IMG/VR virus record: IMGVR_UViG_2925908680_000001
Direction: 5' to 3' (one strand)
DNA length: 64,000 bases
Origin: a virus
Lineage: Duplodnaviria > Heunggongvirae > Uroviricota > Caudoviricetes
Shown here piece by piece: positions 46,990 to 56,601 of this stretch (its first letter is position 1; each line of letters begins with the position of its first letter). Both the position numbers and the translations under genes were made by a program. The notes below the pieces were generated by a model. It was given only the letters and a program-made list of their open reading frames with translations. It searched no databases and had not been told where the DNA came from.

Positions 46990-47017
46990 AACTCTAATGA
47001 TTTGTGTTAGAAAACTA
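46990..47017 (-). promoter_or_regulatory. Operator-like motif (agttttctaacacaaatcatt on the reverse strand)
   Basis: Recurring motif immediately upstream of ORF 46585-46989. Confidence 0.45.
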
Positions 47018-47077
47018 AAATTAAATCACATAACAACATGCGTGTTAATATATTTTATTTTACTAAACCTATTGACT

Positions 47078-47098
47078 AAATCACAAAGTAGGTATTGT
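47078..47098 (+). promoter_or_regulatory. Late-promoter-like element aaatcacaaagt + tattgt
   Basis: Recurring motif 50-70 bp upstream of ORF 47148. Confidence 0.4.
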
Positions 47099-47147
47099 TA
47101 GCCCGTCAAAAGAACCTTCACGCCGCGCCCGAATTTAGGGCTTAACC

Positions 47148-48845
47148 GTGAATAAAAACATTCAGCCAGCTCGTGATCGCGAGCGCGAGATTATGAATCG
47201 GGCGGCAAGCGTCATGGCTATGACCGTCGATCCGACCACCGATGCAGCAGGCAACATGATTGCTGACCAGGCAGTAATGATGGAAAACCTGGATAAAGCA
47301 ATCCAGAAAGTGCCTATGTTTGAAGGCGTAAATCCAGAGGTTGCACGTCAGATCGCTGGTGGGTGGGCTATGTCTCTGCATGAGTACAAGCGCCAGCATG
47401 GTCACTACCCGGCAAGCGATATCCTGGCAAACGCACACATGGCACTTGAACGCCTGATGACTGAATGTGCCAGCGATACACACGTAGGCACTGGCAAGGC
47501 AATGTTTGAGTCTGTCGCGCAATCAATGCGTAGCTCTGACGGCGTAATGAAAGTTGCTCAATATGCTGCACTAATTCTGCCTGCCTCTCTGGGTGCTGCT
47601 ACCAGTGATGCCTGTACTTTTGTTCCTTGTGATCGTGATGAGTCAAATATTTATGAACTGGTCAACGTAGCAGGCACAAAATTCGGCACCTTCGAGCAAG
47701 GTGACGAACTGAATATGCAATCCGCTGGTGTTTATTCTCAAATGAAGCGCCTGTATACCCTTTCCACGAAAGGGGACGGCAGCACCAAAACTTTCCAGTT
47801 CGACATCCAAAATTTTGAGGGGCAGTCCTGCCCGCTGCGTGCTGGTTATAACAAGCTGCTTATCAACCGCAAACCGTCCAAGGTTGACGACGGCGATGGC
47901 AACCTTTATTTCAATGATAAAGACTGCAAAGGCAATGCATTCTCAGCTACCGCAAAAGTCGCTTATGACACTGGTGTCATCGACATTACCTTCACTCAAG
48001 CGCCAGCAGAAGGGACTGAAATTGCGGTTCAGGTCGAAATTAACATCGAGCGCAATCCAAGCCTGATTCCGGTAATCAACCAGGCTATGCGTAAGTATGA
48101 AGTTCGACCGTCTCAGTACGTAATTGCTTCCGAACACACCGTAATGTCCGCTTCCGATTTAAGCCGTGAACACGGCCTTGAATTGGCGGCACTTCAGTTC
48201 TCCGCAATGCGGAACTGGATCTCCCATGAAACCGACATCATGCGTCTGCGCACCCTGGTATTCCATACCGTTTATGGTCGTGAATTTGATGTGGCTCTGC
48301 CTGAAGCTCAAAACTATGAGTCCTGGGTCGGCCTCCTGCGCCACGCAGTAAACGCCCTGTCTCAGGAAATGGCAAACCGCACCCTGACCACAGGTATTCG
48401 CGGTGGCTTCGCAGGTGGTGACGCAGCTAACTTCCTGCGTTCTCTGCCTCCACAGCACTTCCAAATCGCGCCGGGCTACGTTCAGTCACCGTATGTGCAG
48501 TACATCGGCACCCTGTTTGGCACGATTCGTATTTACGAAGTGCCGCAGCCTGTGTGTGAGCAATTCAAGGCTCAGGGATATGACTTAGGTCTGGATGACA
48601 TTTATTTCTATGGTCGCGGTGAAGGCATCGGTAAAGCCGGGCTGATCGCTGGTGATGCGGTCCCAGCAATCCCGTATGTGCACGAAACCAATCCATCTCT
48701 CGTTAACCGCACCACTCTCTGGGGTAGTGCTATCAACGAAGTCCACCCGCGCAACGGTGAGAATTATTTCGCCCGCCTGCGTCTGACTCGTGCCAAAGAA
48801 GGTGCTATCGACATGCTGACAGGCAAGGTTAACGAAAAAAAGTGA
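47148..48845 (+). CDS. Major structural protein (major capsid candidate)
   Basis: 565 aa; first gene of the structural block; GTG start per ORF track, alternative ATG at 47193. Confidence 0.4.
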   Translation: MNKNIQPARDREREIMNRAASVMAMTVDPTTDAAGNMIADQAVMMENLDKAIQKVPMFEGVNPEVARQIAGGWAMSLHEYKRQHGHYPASDILANAHMALERLMTECASDTHVGTGKAMFESVAQSMRSSDGVMKVAQYAALILPASLGAATSDACTFVPCDRDESNIYELVNVAGTKFGTFEQGDELNMQSAGVYSQMKRLYTLSTKGDGSTKTFQFDIQNFEGQSCPLRAGYNKLLINRKPSKVDDGDGNLYFNDKDCKGNAFSATAKVAYDTGVIDITFTQAPAEGTEIAVQVEINIERNPSLIPVINQAMRKYEVRPSQYVIASEHTVMSASDLSREHGLELAALQFSAMRNWISHETDIMRLRTLVFHTVYGREFDVALPEAQNYESWVGLLRHAVNALSQEMANRTLTTGIRGGFAGGDAANFLRSLPPQHFQIAPGYVQSPYVQYIGTLFGTIRIYEVPQPVCEQFKAQGYDLGLDDIYFYGRGEGIGKAGLIAGDAVPAIPYVHETNPSLVNRTTLWGSAINEVHPRNGENYFARLRLTRAKEGAIDMLTGKVNEKK

Positions 48846-48991
48846 TGGTGGCGAACGTGTCGGTATCACCAACGTCACTTGACGTAGATGAAGGTGAAAC
48901 TATCGCCGCGAACACTTCAAAGGCACAGAAAAAAACAAAGCAGAAGTAAGGCAAAAACACGCCCCTGATTAAGGGGCGTTCAGGAGAAAAA

Positions 48992-49270
48992 ATGGCAAAC
49001 ATTCAAGTAACTATCACGCCATCTGACGCAACAGACAAATCTTTCACTGTTGAGTCAGATCACCCTGAAATTGTCCGGGTTGATGGCACTACATGTACCG
49101 CTCTTAAGGCCGAGCAGGCAGTGCTGACAATCAAAACAAATGACGGCAATAAAACCGCACAGTGCACAGTCACTGTTAGGGAGGCACCTAAAAGCGTAAG
49201 CGCCGTCAGTGTTGAACCAACTACGAAAGAAGTAACCGTAGGCGACAACTTCACGGTAAGCGAATCCTGA
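48992..49270 (+). CDS. Bacterial Ig-like domain protein (possible decoration protein)
   Basis: 92 aa with Big_2-like pattern (TVESDHPEIVRVDG...LTIKTNDGNKTAQCTVTV). Confidence 0.5.
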   Translation: MANIQVTITPSDATDKSFTVESDHPEIVRVDGTTCTALKAEQAVLTIKTNDGNKTAQCTVTVREAPKSVSAVSVEPTTKEVTVGDNFTVSES

Positions 49271-49337
49271 TCAGAGACTGCCCATTAACCGTGGGTAGCC
49301 TTGCCTCGTTCTCTCGCTTTAGAGGATAAGAACCAGC

Positions 49338-50996
49338 ATGAATAAGATTAGTTTTTCGGTAGGGCAGGCAGCTGGCGTTGCTGTAATGTCAGTAAATGCT
49401 GACGCTACCCTCACCAATACCAGCGGTGGCGCATCCGTCTTTGCTGGGCTTGTAATATCGCGTCGTGGCGCACCGGGTAAGGTACTGAAAGTTGACGATA
49501 CGACTTATCAAAGCGTATTAGGTTCACCGATTCACCCTCGCCAGGGCGCGGCATTTGAACCATATCGCCACGTGGAGCGTGCAGTAAAAGGCGGCTCTGG
49601 ATATGTCGTTCGAGTTTGCGCTAAAGACATGAAGGTGCCGGGTATTTCTGTTTCCGTTGTGGGCAGAGCAAAAGCGGCAAAGGCGAGTAAAGAACTTTCC
49701 GTTGAACCAACTGAAACCACAGTAAATCCAGGTGACACATTAAGCGTTGGTGTTGCTTCAACTGCAACGACTCAATCAGTGTCCTTCACACCCAAAGAGA
49801 CGCCCCAGATTAAAGGTGAAGAGAAGGCATTATTCTTCATCAAAGATGGTGATGCATCTCAAAATCGCACGTTATCACTAACTCGCGATGATGAAGAAAG
49901 CGAACTCTTTACGCTGACGCTGAAAGAAAAACAAACCGATGGGTCCATTGAGGTGCTGGAAAGCCACCAGGTGTCTTTCAATCCAGAAGGCACTAACGAC
50001 ATGGGCCAACCAGCATGGATTCCGACACTGCTTGAAAGCCAGTCCACTCGAATTGGTGCCGTACTGGCAGATAATGCAGAAGCATCCGCTGCTCAACTCA
50101 TTTTTGAGGATGTAGCTTTTGAAGGTGGTACTGATGGAGATCTGTCCGAAATTGACACTGAAGACTATCTGGAAGCATTAAAGGTTCTCGAAGCTTCAGA
50201 GGTTAATTACACCGCATTGCTGTCACTGGGTTGTTATGACGCATCCGCCTTAGCCGCAATCAAAAAGCTGGCTGAAGATGTTCGCGTAGACATGTTCTAT
50301 GACCTGAAGGGCAACCAGACACCTGAAAACGCTATTTCAGAAGCGAAAAGCCATAGTTTTGGCGGCTCACATCAACCAAGCCGTTACTACTTCCCGCTCT
50401 CCTGCCGAGATACTTTCACTGGAATGAATGTCGTCTATGGCATTAGCTGCGACGCATTCGTAGCGAAAGCAAAAGGAGTGGCGCTGGTACCGGATGTTGG
50501 TGGTTGGCATTACGCACCGGCAGGTATATCACGCGCGATTATTGATCGACAGAACATTGCCCGAATTCCAAATATCGGTGCAGTTGATCGTGAAGCGTTC
50601 GTTCTTGCGCGCATTAATCCAGTTTCAGTTGCTGCTGACGGGTCCGTTTACATTGACGACTCTTTAACAACTTACAGCAAAAACAACTATCTGCGATTCC
50701 AGCATGTGTCTTCCTTGATGAACGCCATCGCCAGAGATTTCTATGAAGTAGCTCAGGCGATTAAGCACGAACCGGATGGCATTACCAAAGAAACGCTAAT
50801 GAAAGCAATGACTGAATTGCTTGACCGTTACGTTGCAGCCGGTGCGCTGGTTACTCCACGTGACAAGTCCCAGGGCGAAGATCCATATGTTGTTCAGGTT
50901 GTCCAAAAGGACATCGATCTGTGGGAAGTGTCCTGGTCTGTTTGTCCGACCGGTACAGCTCGCCGAATCGTCGGTAAGCCAATTCTGATGCGCTGA
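49338..50996 (+). CDS. Tail sheath protein candidate
   Basis: 552 aa with Ig-like insertion; size and position upstream of a tube-sized ORF; followed by a hairpin. Confidence 0.45.
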   Translation: MNKISFSVGQAAGVAVMSVNADATLTNTSGGASVFAGLVISRRGAPGKVLKVDDTTYQSVLGSPIHPRQGAAFEPYRHVERAVKGGSGYVVRVCAKDMKVPGISVSVVGRAKAAKASKELSVEPTETTVNPGDTLSVGVASTATTQSVSFTPKETPQIKGEEKALFFIKDGDASQNRTLSLTRDDEESELFTLTLKEKQTDGSIEVLESHQVSFNPEGTNDMGQPAWIPTLLESQSTRIGAVLADNAEASAAQLIFEDVAFEGGTDGDLSEIDTEDYLEALKVLEASEVNYTALLSLGCYDASALAAIKKLAEDVRVDMFYDLKGNQTPENAISEAKSHSFGGSHQPSRYYFPLSCRDTFTGMNVVYGISCDAFVAKAKGVALVPDVGGWHYAPAGISRAIIDRQNIARIPNIGAVDREAFVLARINPVSVAADGSVYIDDSLTTYSKNNYLRFQHVSSLMNAIARDFYEVAQAIKHEPDGITKETLMKAMTELLDRYVAAGALVTPRDKSQGEDPYVVQVVQKDIDLWEVSWSVCPTGTARRIVGKPILMR

Positions 50997-51040
50997 TTTA
51001 TAACCCCCCGCTAAATGATGCGGGGGAGAGAGGTTTGAAT

Positions 51041-51775
51041 ATGAAAAATTATACTGCTGATCCTTTTATGCGTGCGATTTTCGGTTCTGGCTGCTTTGAA
51101 AGCGGTGATAAATCCACGCAGGACAATAATGATAACGCCATGCTGGAAAGCGCAGGACAGAAAGGAAAGGACACTCAACCAAAGCCCAAAGACGACATTG
51201 AAACCGCGATGATGGAAGCGGTTGAATCCCGTGCACAAGGTGATATGCGCAGCCTGGCAGCTTCCATGCTTGCTGGTTGGGTTGAAGATGGTGATCCGGA
51301 GGCTGACTCATTTGATGCATTAGCAATCACTATGGCTGGCCTGGCTGATATCGATGAAGACACCGATTTCACCGATGAGCAAATCGATGCTTATAACGAT
51401 GCTCTCGCAGCTCTTGCTGATGCAGCTGTTGCGCTTGGCGCTGATCAGGACGATGTAACCGAAATGATCGACGATGAAGATGACTCAGCTGCCGAACGTG
51501 TTTATGACGCTCTTTCCGAAAGCGACACCGACATGATGGAAACAGCTATTGCCATTTACACCGTTGCTGGTGGTGATAGCGCAATGCTGGAAGCGGTACG
51601 TAAAAAAGTGGTTCGTGATGGCAAGGTTACCATCATCCGTAAACGCCCGCGTCCTCGCCGCATGACGTCATTGCAAAAACAGGCGCTGAAAAAAGCACGC
51701 CGCAAAGCACATACATCCGTAGCGAATATCAACCGCAAAAAATCAATGCGCATTCGCAAAAAACGCGGTTTGTAA
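51041..51775 (+). CDS. Acidic protein with basic C-terminal tail
   Basis: ATG at 51041 behind RBS gagagg; Asp/Glu-rich body, Arg/Lys-rich C-terminus. Confidence 0.45.
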   Translation: MKNYTADPFMRAIFGSGCFESGDKSTQDNNDNAMLESAGQKGKDTQPKPKDDIETAMMEAVESRAQGDMRSLAASMLAGWVEDGDPEADSFDALAITMAGLADIDEDTDFTDEQIDAYNDALAALADAAVALGADQDDVTEMIDDEDDSAAERVYDALSESDTDMMETAIAIYTVAGGDSAMLEAVRKKVVRDGKVTIIRKRPRPRRMTSLQKQALKKARRKAHTSVANINRKKSMRIRKKRGL

Positions 51776-51824
51776 GTGACATAGGCCGCCTGCAAAGGTG
51801 GCCTCTACCTGGGAGAAATAGCGT

Positions 51825-52415
51825 TTGATTTGCGGCGCGATAATGCCTGACGGAATAAGTCCGTTAATGAAGGTTTATATCCTCTCTTCAGAGGATATGG
51901 TCGTCGGTTATATCGGTGAAGGATCTACCGCAGAACTGTCATCAATGTGGCAATCACCATTTGAAAACCAGTCAGTAGGAGGTTTGCTTGGCGGTATTAG
52001 CGCTGCGGCTGGCTCTCTTGCAGATACGCTTCAGACCGCAACCGGCGTAACAACAAAAACCCTCTTCAACTCAATGCTTGTTTGGGAAGGTCAGCAACCG
52101 CCTGAATTTAATCTGGTAATTGATTTCATGGCGACAACGAACGCGCAACTTGAAGTGAACGCAGCCATTACAGCATTGCTGAAGATGGAATCGCCGGAAC
52201 TGAACAATGTAGCGCCATTCGGTCGTCGCCCGGAGACAGTAACGTTAAACATAGGTAGGAACATAGCCCTTACCGACGTTGTTATCAAAAGCGTGAGTTA
52301 CCAACTGGACGCCCCGCGCACACCGGAAGGCTATTTCACTCATAACACGGTAACCCTGCAATGCAGCGGTAACACATCGATCAACCGTAGCAATATCTCA
52401 TCTGTTTTTGTGTAG
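51825..52415 (+). CDS. Hypothetical structural protein
   Basis: ORF track. Confidence 0.4.
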   Translation: MICGAIMPDGISPLMKVYILSSEDMVVGYIGEGSTAELSSMWQSPFENQSVGGLLGGISAAAGSLADTLQTATGVTTKTLFNSMLVWEGQQPPEFNLVIDFMATTNAQLEVNAAITALLKMESPELNNVAPFGRRPETVTLNIGRNIALTDVVIKSVSYQLDAPRTPEGYFTHNTVTLQCSGNTSINRSNISSVFV

Positions 52416-52423
52416 GAGTATTT

Positions 52424-52915
52424 ATGTCCGGTTTTGCAAATACAAAAGCCGATATGGCCTTTCTAAAATCCCGGTTTAATAAAAACCTGGCTGCAGGCGA
52501 AAAACTTATTGGTTCTGAATATTGGATGACCATTAAGGGTTACGAACATCTGTCTGTACTAGTTCGTACAGCTCAGTTACCAGAAATGACACGTGAAGAT
52601 GTGGAGGATTACGCCCCTGGTGGCATGAAATTCAACCAGCACGGACCATTACGCAACTCTGGTGAATTTCAGGTCACATGCGCGGAAACTATCGAAGGCG
52701 CAGTTCTCGCCGCTGTAAAACAGATGGTATACGGAAAAGAATATCTGGAAATTACCTTACAGGCGGCGGCTGAATCGAATAGCGGTAACCATAAAGGTCT
52801 GATCCGCACATATTCTCATTGCAAAGTGTATTCCGACGCCGTGGACTTCTCATCCGAAGACGTAACGGCGGTCGTTAAACCTTCCCTGCGCATTGTTTAC
52901 AACTGGGCGGAATAA
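52424..52915 (+). CDS. Tail tube protein candidate
   Basis: 163 aa; RBS aggagt; size typical for a contractile-tail tube protein. Confidence 0.4.
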   Translation: MSGFANTKADMAFLKSRFNKNLAAGEKLIGSEYWMTIKGYEHLSVLVRTAQLPEMTREDVEDYAPGGMKFNQHGPLRNSGEFQVTCAETIEGAVLAAVKQMVYGKEYLEITLQAAAESNSGNHKGLIRTYSHCKVYSDAVDFSSEDVTAVVKPSLRIVYNWAE

Positions 52916-52969
52916 TCCCTATCCCGCCCTTGTGGCGGGAACATCCTTGTTATTGAGTTGTAGGCAACA

Positions 52970-53521
52970 ATGACACCAATTGAATTATTAGAAAGCGTTA
53001 AAGAGCGATTTAATCCGCTGCTTGTGCGTGAAGAAGAAACGTTGAAAGCATTCCTGATCAAAGCTCTGACCACGTATCAGGACAGGGCAGGGGTAGTGAA
53101 AACGTTAAAACTTGAAAAAGCTGGTGGTACTGCAATCCCGTTGCCAGAAGATTATCTCTCTCTGGTTCATGTTACCGACAACAACGGCTTATTGGTCTAT
53201 TCGGATGAATTATCCGGATTTATTGAATTAGAGCTAACAGGTTCAGAACGCTGGCCTTTTCGAATGCTGTATCTGGTTAATCTACGCGACAGAGAGCTGG
53301 ATGAATGGCAAGTGCCTCCTGCAATCATTGGAATGCTGGAGGAATATCTGGAGGCGCTTATCAATGTAAGAAATGTCGCCCGGCAGCGTAGAGCGTCCAT
53401 CGACGGGAAATTTGACTACTCAGATCTGCCCGATGAAGCCACGCTATATGCCCGCGTGCAGGAGATTGAGGAAAAAATGTCCTCAAACCGGGCCATTATT
53501 CCGGGGGCTACCATTTTTTAA
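52970..53521 (+). CDS. Hypothetical structural protein
   Basis: ORF track. Confidence 0.4.
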   Translation: MTPIELLESVKERFNPLLVREEETLKAFLIKALTTYQDRAGVVKTLKLEKAGGTAIPLPEDYLSLVHVTDNNGLLVYSDELSGFIELELTGSERWPFRMLYLVNLRDRELDEWQVPPAIIGMLEEYLEALINVRNVARQRRASIDGKFDYSDLPDEATLYARVQEIEEKMSSNRAIIPGATIF

Positions 53522-53536
53522 CGCTGGAGGCGCAGA

Positions 53537-54244
53537 GTGAGTATTTTCAGCAGCGTTGGTAGAACGTTGACCACCGCATTGTCATTTAACACGAAATCAT
53601 TCACCAGCAACCTCATTAGCGACATTCTTGATAAAGCCATATCAGGCGGCGGGGTAAGCGGGAATTACAGTAGCGATATTGCCTACGGGAAAAATATTGT
53701 TGCTGCCGCTATGCGTATCCGTTACGCCCAGGGGTGGCAGTGGACCGTTGAAGTGGATGGCCTGAACGGCTTCGATATGTTCGTGAAGGATATCACCTAC
53801 AGCAGTGGAAACATTGAGACAGAAAGCAAGGTGATCGGCAGCGTAGAATTCAGCAAGCCAACCTATGTTAGCGCCGGACCGGTCACTATGACCGTGAGGG
53901 ATACCGAAGATGGCAAGATCATGGACTGGTTCAAAGAGCGTCGTTCTCGTGTAACAAATCCTGATGGAACAATAAACCTTCCTCCTGAATATCTGATGAA
54001 AATCCGTGTCTACCGGGTGACTCAGGACGGCGGAAAAGAACTGGAAGAAGAAATGCGCGTATTTCCTACGCAACTTGGGGAAATCACACGCTCACGTGAT
54101 CAGGTGTCAGAGTTCTTGTCATACCCAATCACTTTCCAGAAATACACATCCGCAGGCTCAGGTGTTTCTGCTTTGGTCAACGGTGCCGCTGGCATGGCTA
54201 CAAGTGCGTTAAAGGGGGCTGTGAGTGGAGTGATCAAATTCTGA
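53537..54244 (+). CDS. Hypothetical structural protein
   Basis: ORF track; GTG start behind RBS ggagg. Confidence 0.4.
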   Translation: MSIFSSVGRTLTTALSFNTKSFTSNLISDILDKAISGGGVSGNYSSDIAYGKNIVAAAMRIRYAQGWQWTVEVDGLNGFDMFVKDITYSSGNIETESKVIGSVEFSKPTYVSAGPVTMTVRDTEDGKIMDWFKERRSRVTNPDGTINLPPEYLMKIRVYRVTQDGGKELEEEMRVFPTQLGEITRSRDQVSEFLSYPITFQKYTSAGSGVSALVNGAAGMATSALKGAVSGVIKF

Positions 54245-54334
54245 ATAGCTTTAATTATGTGTGCTGGAGGGTTGCTCATTTCCCGTCAGCACCCACGCCC
54301 TCAACGATAGCGGGTAGGGAAGGTAGCGCAATTT

Positions 54335-54625
54335 TGAGGGCATTTTTTACATCATCAATTCATCTGTAATGAAGGCATTCTTTACACATTTCATATCAAT
54401 CAGTTAACACAGTGAATGATAATAAAAAAGCGCAATAAGAATGCACGATACGCACGATATTGGTTGAGGGCGATTTTTACATAGTCCTTACATATCAATA
54501 CGTTATATAAAAACACAACTTGCTAATAACAAGATACATGCAATTAAGATGTAAAAATTGCCCTCAATTGCCGATCGTTAAGGGCAAATTCTACACCTTG
54601 AGAGGGGTGTAAAAATTGCCCTTAA
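54335..54625. repeat. Iteron array downstream of repA (incA-like)
   Basis: About five 19-20 bp iterons of family tgagggcaatttttacatca in both orientations at 54335, 54466, 54551, 54579 and 54606. Confidence 0.75.
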
Positions 54626-55410
54626 GACTGCTGATAGGTAAATTTTATCCTGGTAACTTTGCCGCCTTCCGTCACCTCTGAGAAGACTATTTTCATTTTT
54701 GTATTTTTTTCAATCTCTGCTACAGCCTTCGTTAAAAAACTTCTCTTAAATTCGGCATACCGCTGATAGCTTTTTGGTAACCCATAACGCTCCCGCATCC
54801 ATTCGACGCCAAGTATGGCAAAGCCGCTTCCATCATCCTTCCTGTACTGGCATAAGGACTCATAAAGCCGCATAGAATAAGGATTTGTAAGGCGAGATAC
54901 TTCGGTAAAATTCAGCCTTGTGAATCTCTTATCAAGCAGAGTAAAAAACGGCATGAGATATGGATTAAGATGAATAATGTAAGTCCCGCGCCGTGGTGAA
55001 TAGGCATCCTTAATCATCCAAGGATAAGACTCATAACTGTCTTCTGATTCGGTCGATTCATCAGGGTTATATATCGTAACTTTCTTCTCGCTAAGCCCTG
55101 AAATGGCCTTACGAATATCCTTGCTGGCTTCAGCAGAGGGCAAATTATACATCTCTGCATATTCGTTGACCGTCAACTCACAGGCACCTGAACCAAGAAC
55201 GCCATCCTTAGAAGCATAGCGAAGTCTTCCCACCACAATAAACAACAGTCGCTTTTGGTCGCGAGTCAGGTGATAAGCAGCCTCCGTGATCTCATTGGCT
55301 TGTGCCAAACTACGACTAATAGGTGTCGCTGACTCAATCAGGCTGACGGCTTTTGCTGTTAATTCCGCTCTGTTCATAACCCTGTGTGATCCTTCAAATG
55401 GTGAGGGCAA
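54622..55410 (-). CDS. repA: Replication initiator RepA (iteron-binding Rep family)
   Basis: 262 aa flanked on both sides by iterons; Rep_3-like winged-helix segments. Confidence 0.8.
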   Translation of the reverse strand: MPSPFEGSHRVMNRAELTAKAVSLIESATPISRSLAQANEITEAAYHLTRDQKRLLFIVVGRLRYASKDGVLGSGACELTVNEYAEMYNLPSAEASKDIRKAISGLSEKKVTIYNPDESTESEDSYESYPWMIKDAYSPRRGTYIIHLNPYLMPFFTLLDKRFTRLNFTEVSRLTNPYSMRLYESLCQYRKDDGSGFAILGVEWMRERYGLPKSYQRYAEFKRSFLTKAVAEIEKNTKMKIVFSEVTEGGKVTRIKFTYQQS

Positions 55411-55660
55411 TTTTTACATCACTTTGAGGGCAATTACTACACCTTTTAAGGGCAAATCTTACACCTTTTGAGGGCAAATCTTACACCGATCGTATTTAAT
55501 TGAGGGCAAATCTTACACCAGCCTCCTCTACAGCCCGCGCCACTACTGGCTCCAGCGACGCCTAAAAAGGATCTAAAAAGAATTAAAAATGGAAAAAGGT
55601 TTATAAAAATACTCTGTGGATATGTGAGTAGCGTCACTTAAGGTGTAAAAATCACCCTCA
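55402..55660. repeat. Origin-proximal iteron array with AT-rich region, GATC sites and DnaA-box-like site
   Basis: Iterons at 55402, 55425, 55447, 55469 and 55501 (about 22-bp spacing) plus inverted copy at 55641; tgtggatat at 55615-55623; AT-rich 55560-55610. Confidence 0.75.
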
Positions 55661-55765
55661 ATAATCGCTTCTCGACCGGCAAAGATCTTCATTCAATCCC
55701 CATCGCAAATCACACACTCCCTATCCTCTGGAAAATGAACAGATACCTGCTTTTCGGAGGAATAA

Positions 55766-56587
55766 TTGAACATTCCAAAATTCCCATTGCCTTCCCGTCC
55801 TGAGACAGAAATTCAGTTCCACGCCCCTACCGTGAAGGATGCGCTGAAATATTCTGACCTGAACCCGGCAGAAGATGAGGCAACTACTACAGAGTACCTT
55901 AACTCTATGCAGGATGGTGAAATTAACGACAGTGCTAACTGGACAGTTCAGGATCGCAGAACTGCTCTTTGGTGGATATTTGTTAATTCGCGCCCCGATG
56001 CAGTAATGACCTACTCCTATGAGTGCAGTCACTGCGGTAATACGCATCATGCAGATATTAACCTGAGCGACCTGGCCCAAACAGTAGAAATACTCACTGT
56101 ACCTCCTTACGTGAAAACCAACGTACCAGTAAATGGAGTACCAACTGACTGGATACTTAAACCATTAACCGGGAAAGGCGCGGAACTCCTTGAACGAATG
56201 CGAGCGTCACTTCCTGATATGAAAAGCCCCGAATACAGTGCTGGCGTGGCACGGATGCGAATTGCTGAACTCGCTTTATGCACGGCGCTTGAAGACGATC
56301 CGGAGGACTTCACGCAGGCCGCTAACCGACGCTTTGACATCATTGAAAGCATGGCGCTTGAAACCGAATTTACTCCGCTTGTGGCTCGCATACAGCTTAT
56401 GCAAAAAGACCTACGCCACGGCCTGAAAATGTCTATTGAGAGAGGCTCAAGCCGACTGATCCTGCCTCCGCAACATTGCAAAAACGCTAAGGAGGGTGCA
56501 GATGTGACAACCACACTGTACGTCCCCTTTCTCAATAGAGAGTTTATCCCATCAATTAGATCTGAATGGATGGCTAACCATTATTAA
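55766..56587 (+). CDS. Hypothetical protein
   Basis: ORF track. Confidence 0.45.
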   Translation: MNIPKFPLPSRPETEIQFHAPTVKDALKYSDLNPAEDEATTTEYLNSMQDGEINDSANWTVQDRRTALWWIFVNSRPDAVMTYSYECSHCGNTHHADINLSDLAQTVEILTVPPYVKTNVPVNGVPTDWILKPLTGKGAELLERMRASLPDMKSPEYSAGVARMRIAELALCTALEDDPEDFTQAANRRFDIIESMALETEFTPLVARIQLMQKDLRHGLKMSIERGSSRLILPPQHCKNAKEGADVTTTLYVPFLNREFIPSIRSEWMANHY

Positions 56588-56601
56588 CAACCTGACTCTA
56601 T

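Noticed and set aside
54335-55660. Regularly spaced direct repeats that could be mistaken for a CRISPR array
   Set aside because: They are 19-20 bp iterons in both orientations flanking a rep gene with short non-unique spacing and no cas genes. The parC-like repeats at 43072-43205 are likewise centromere repeats.
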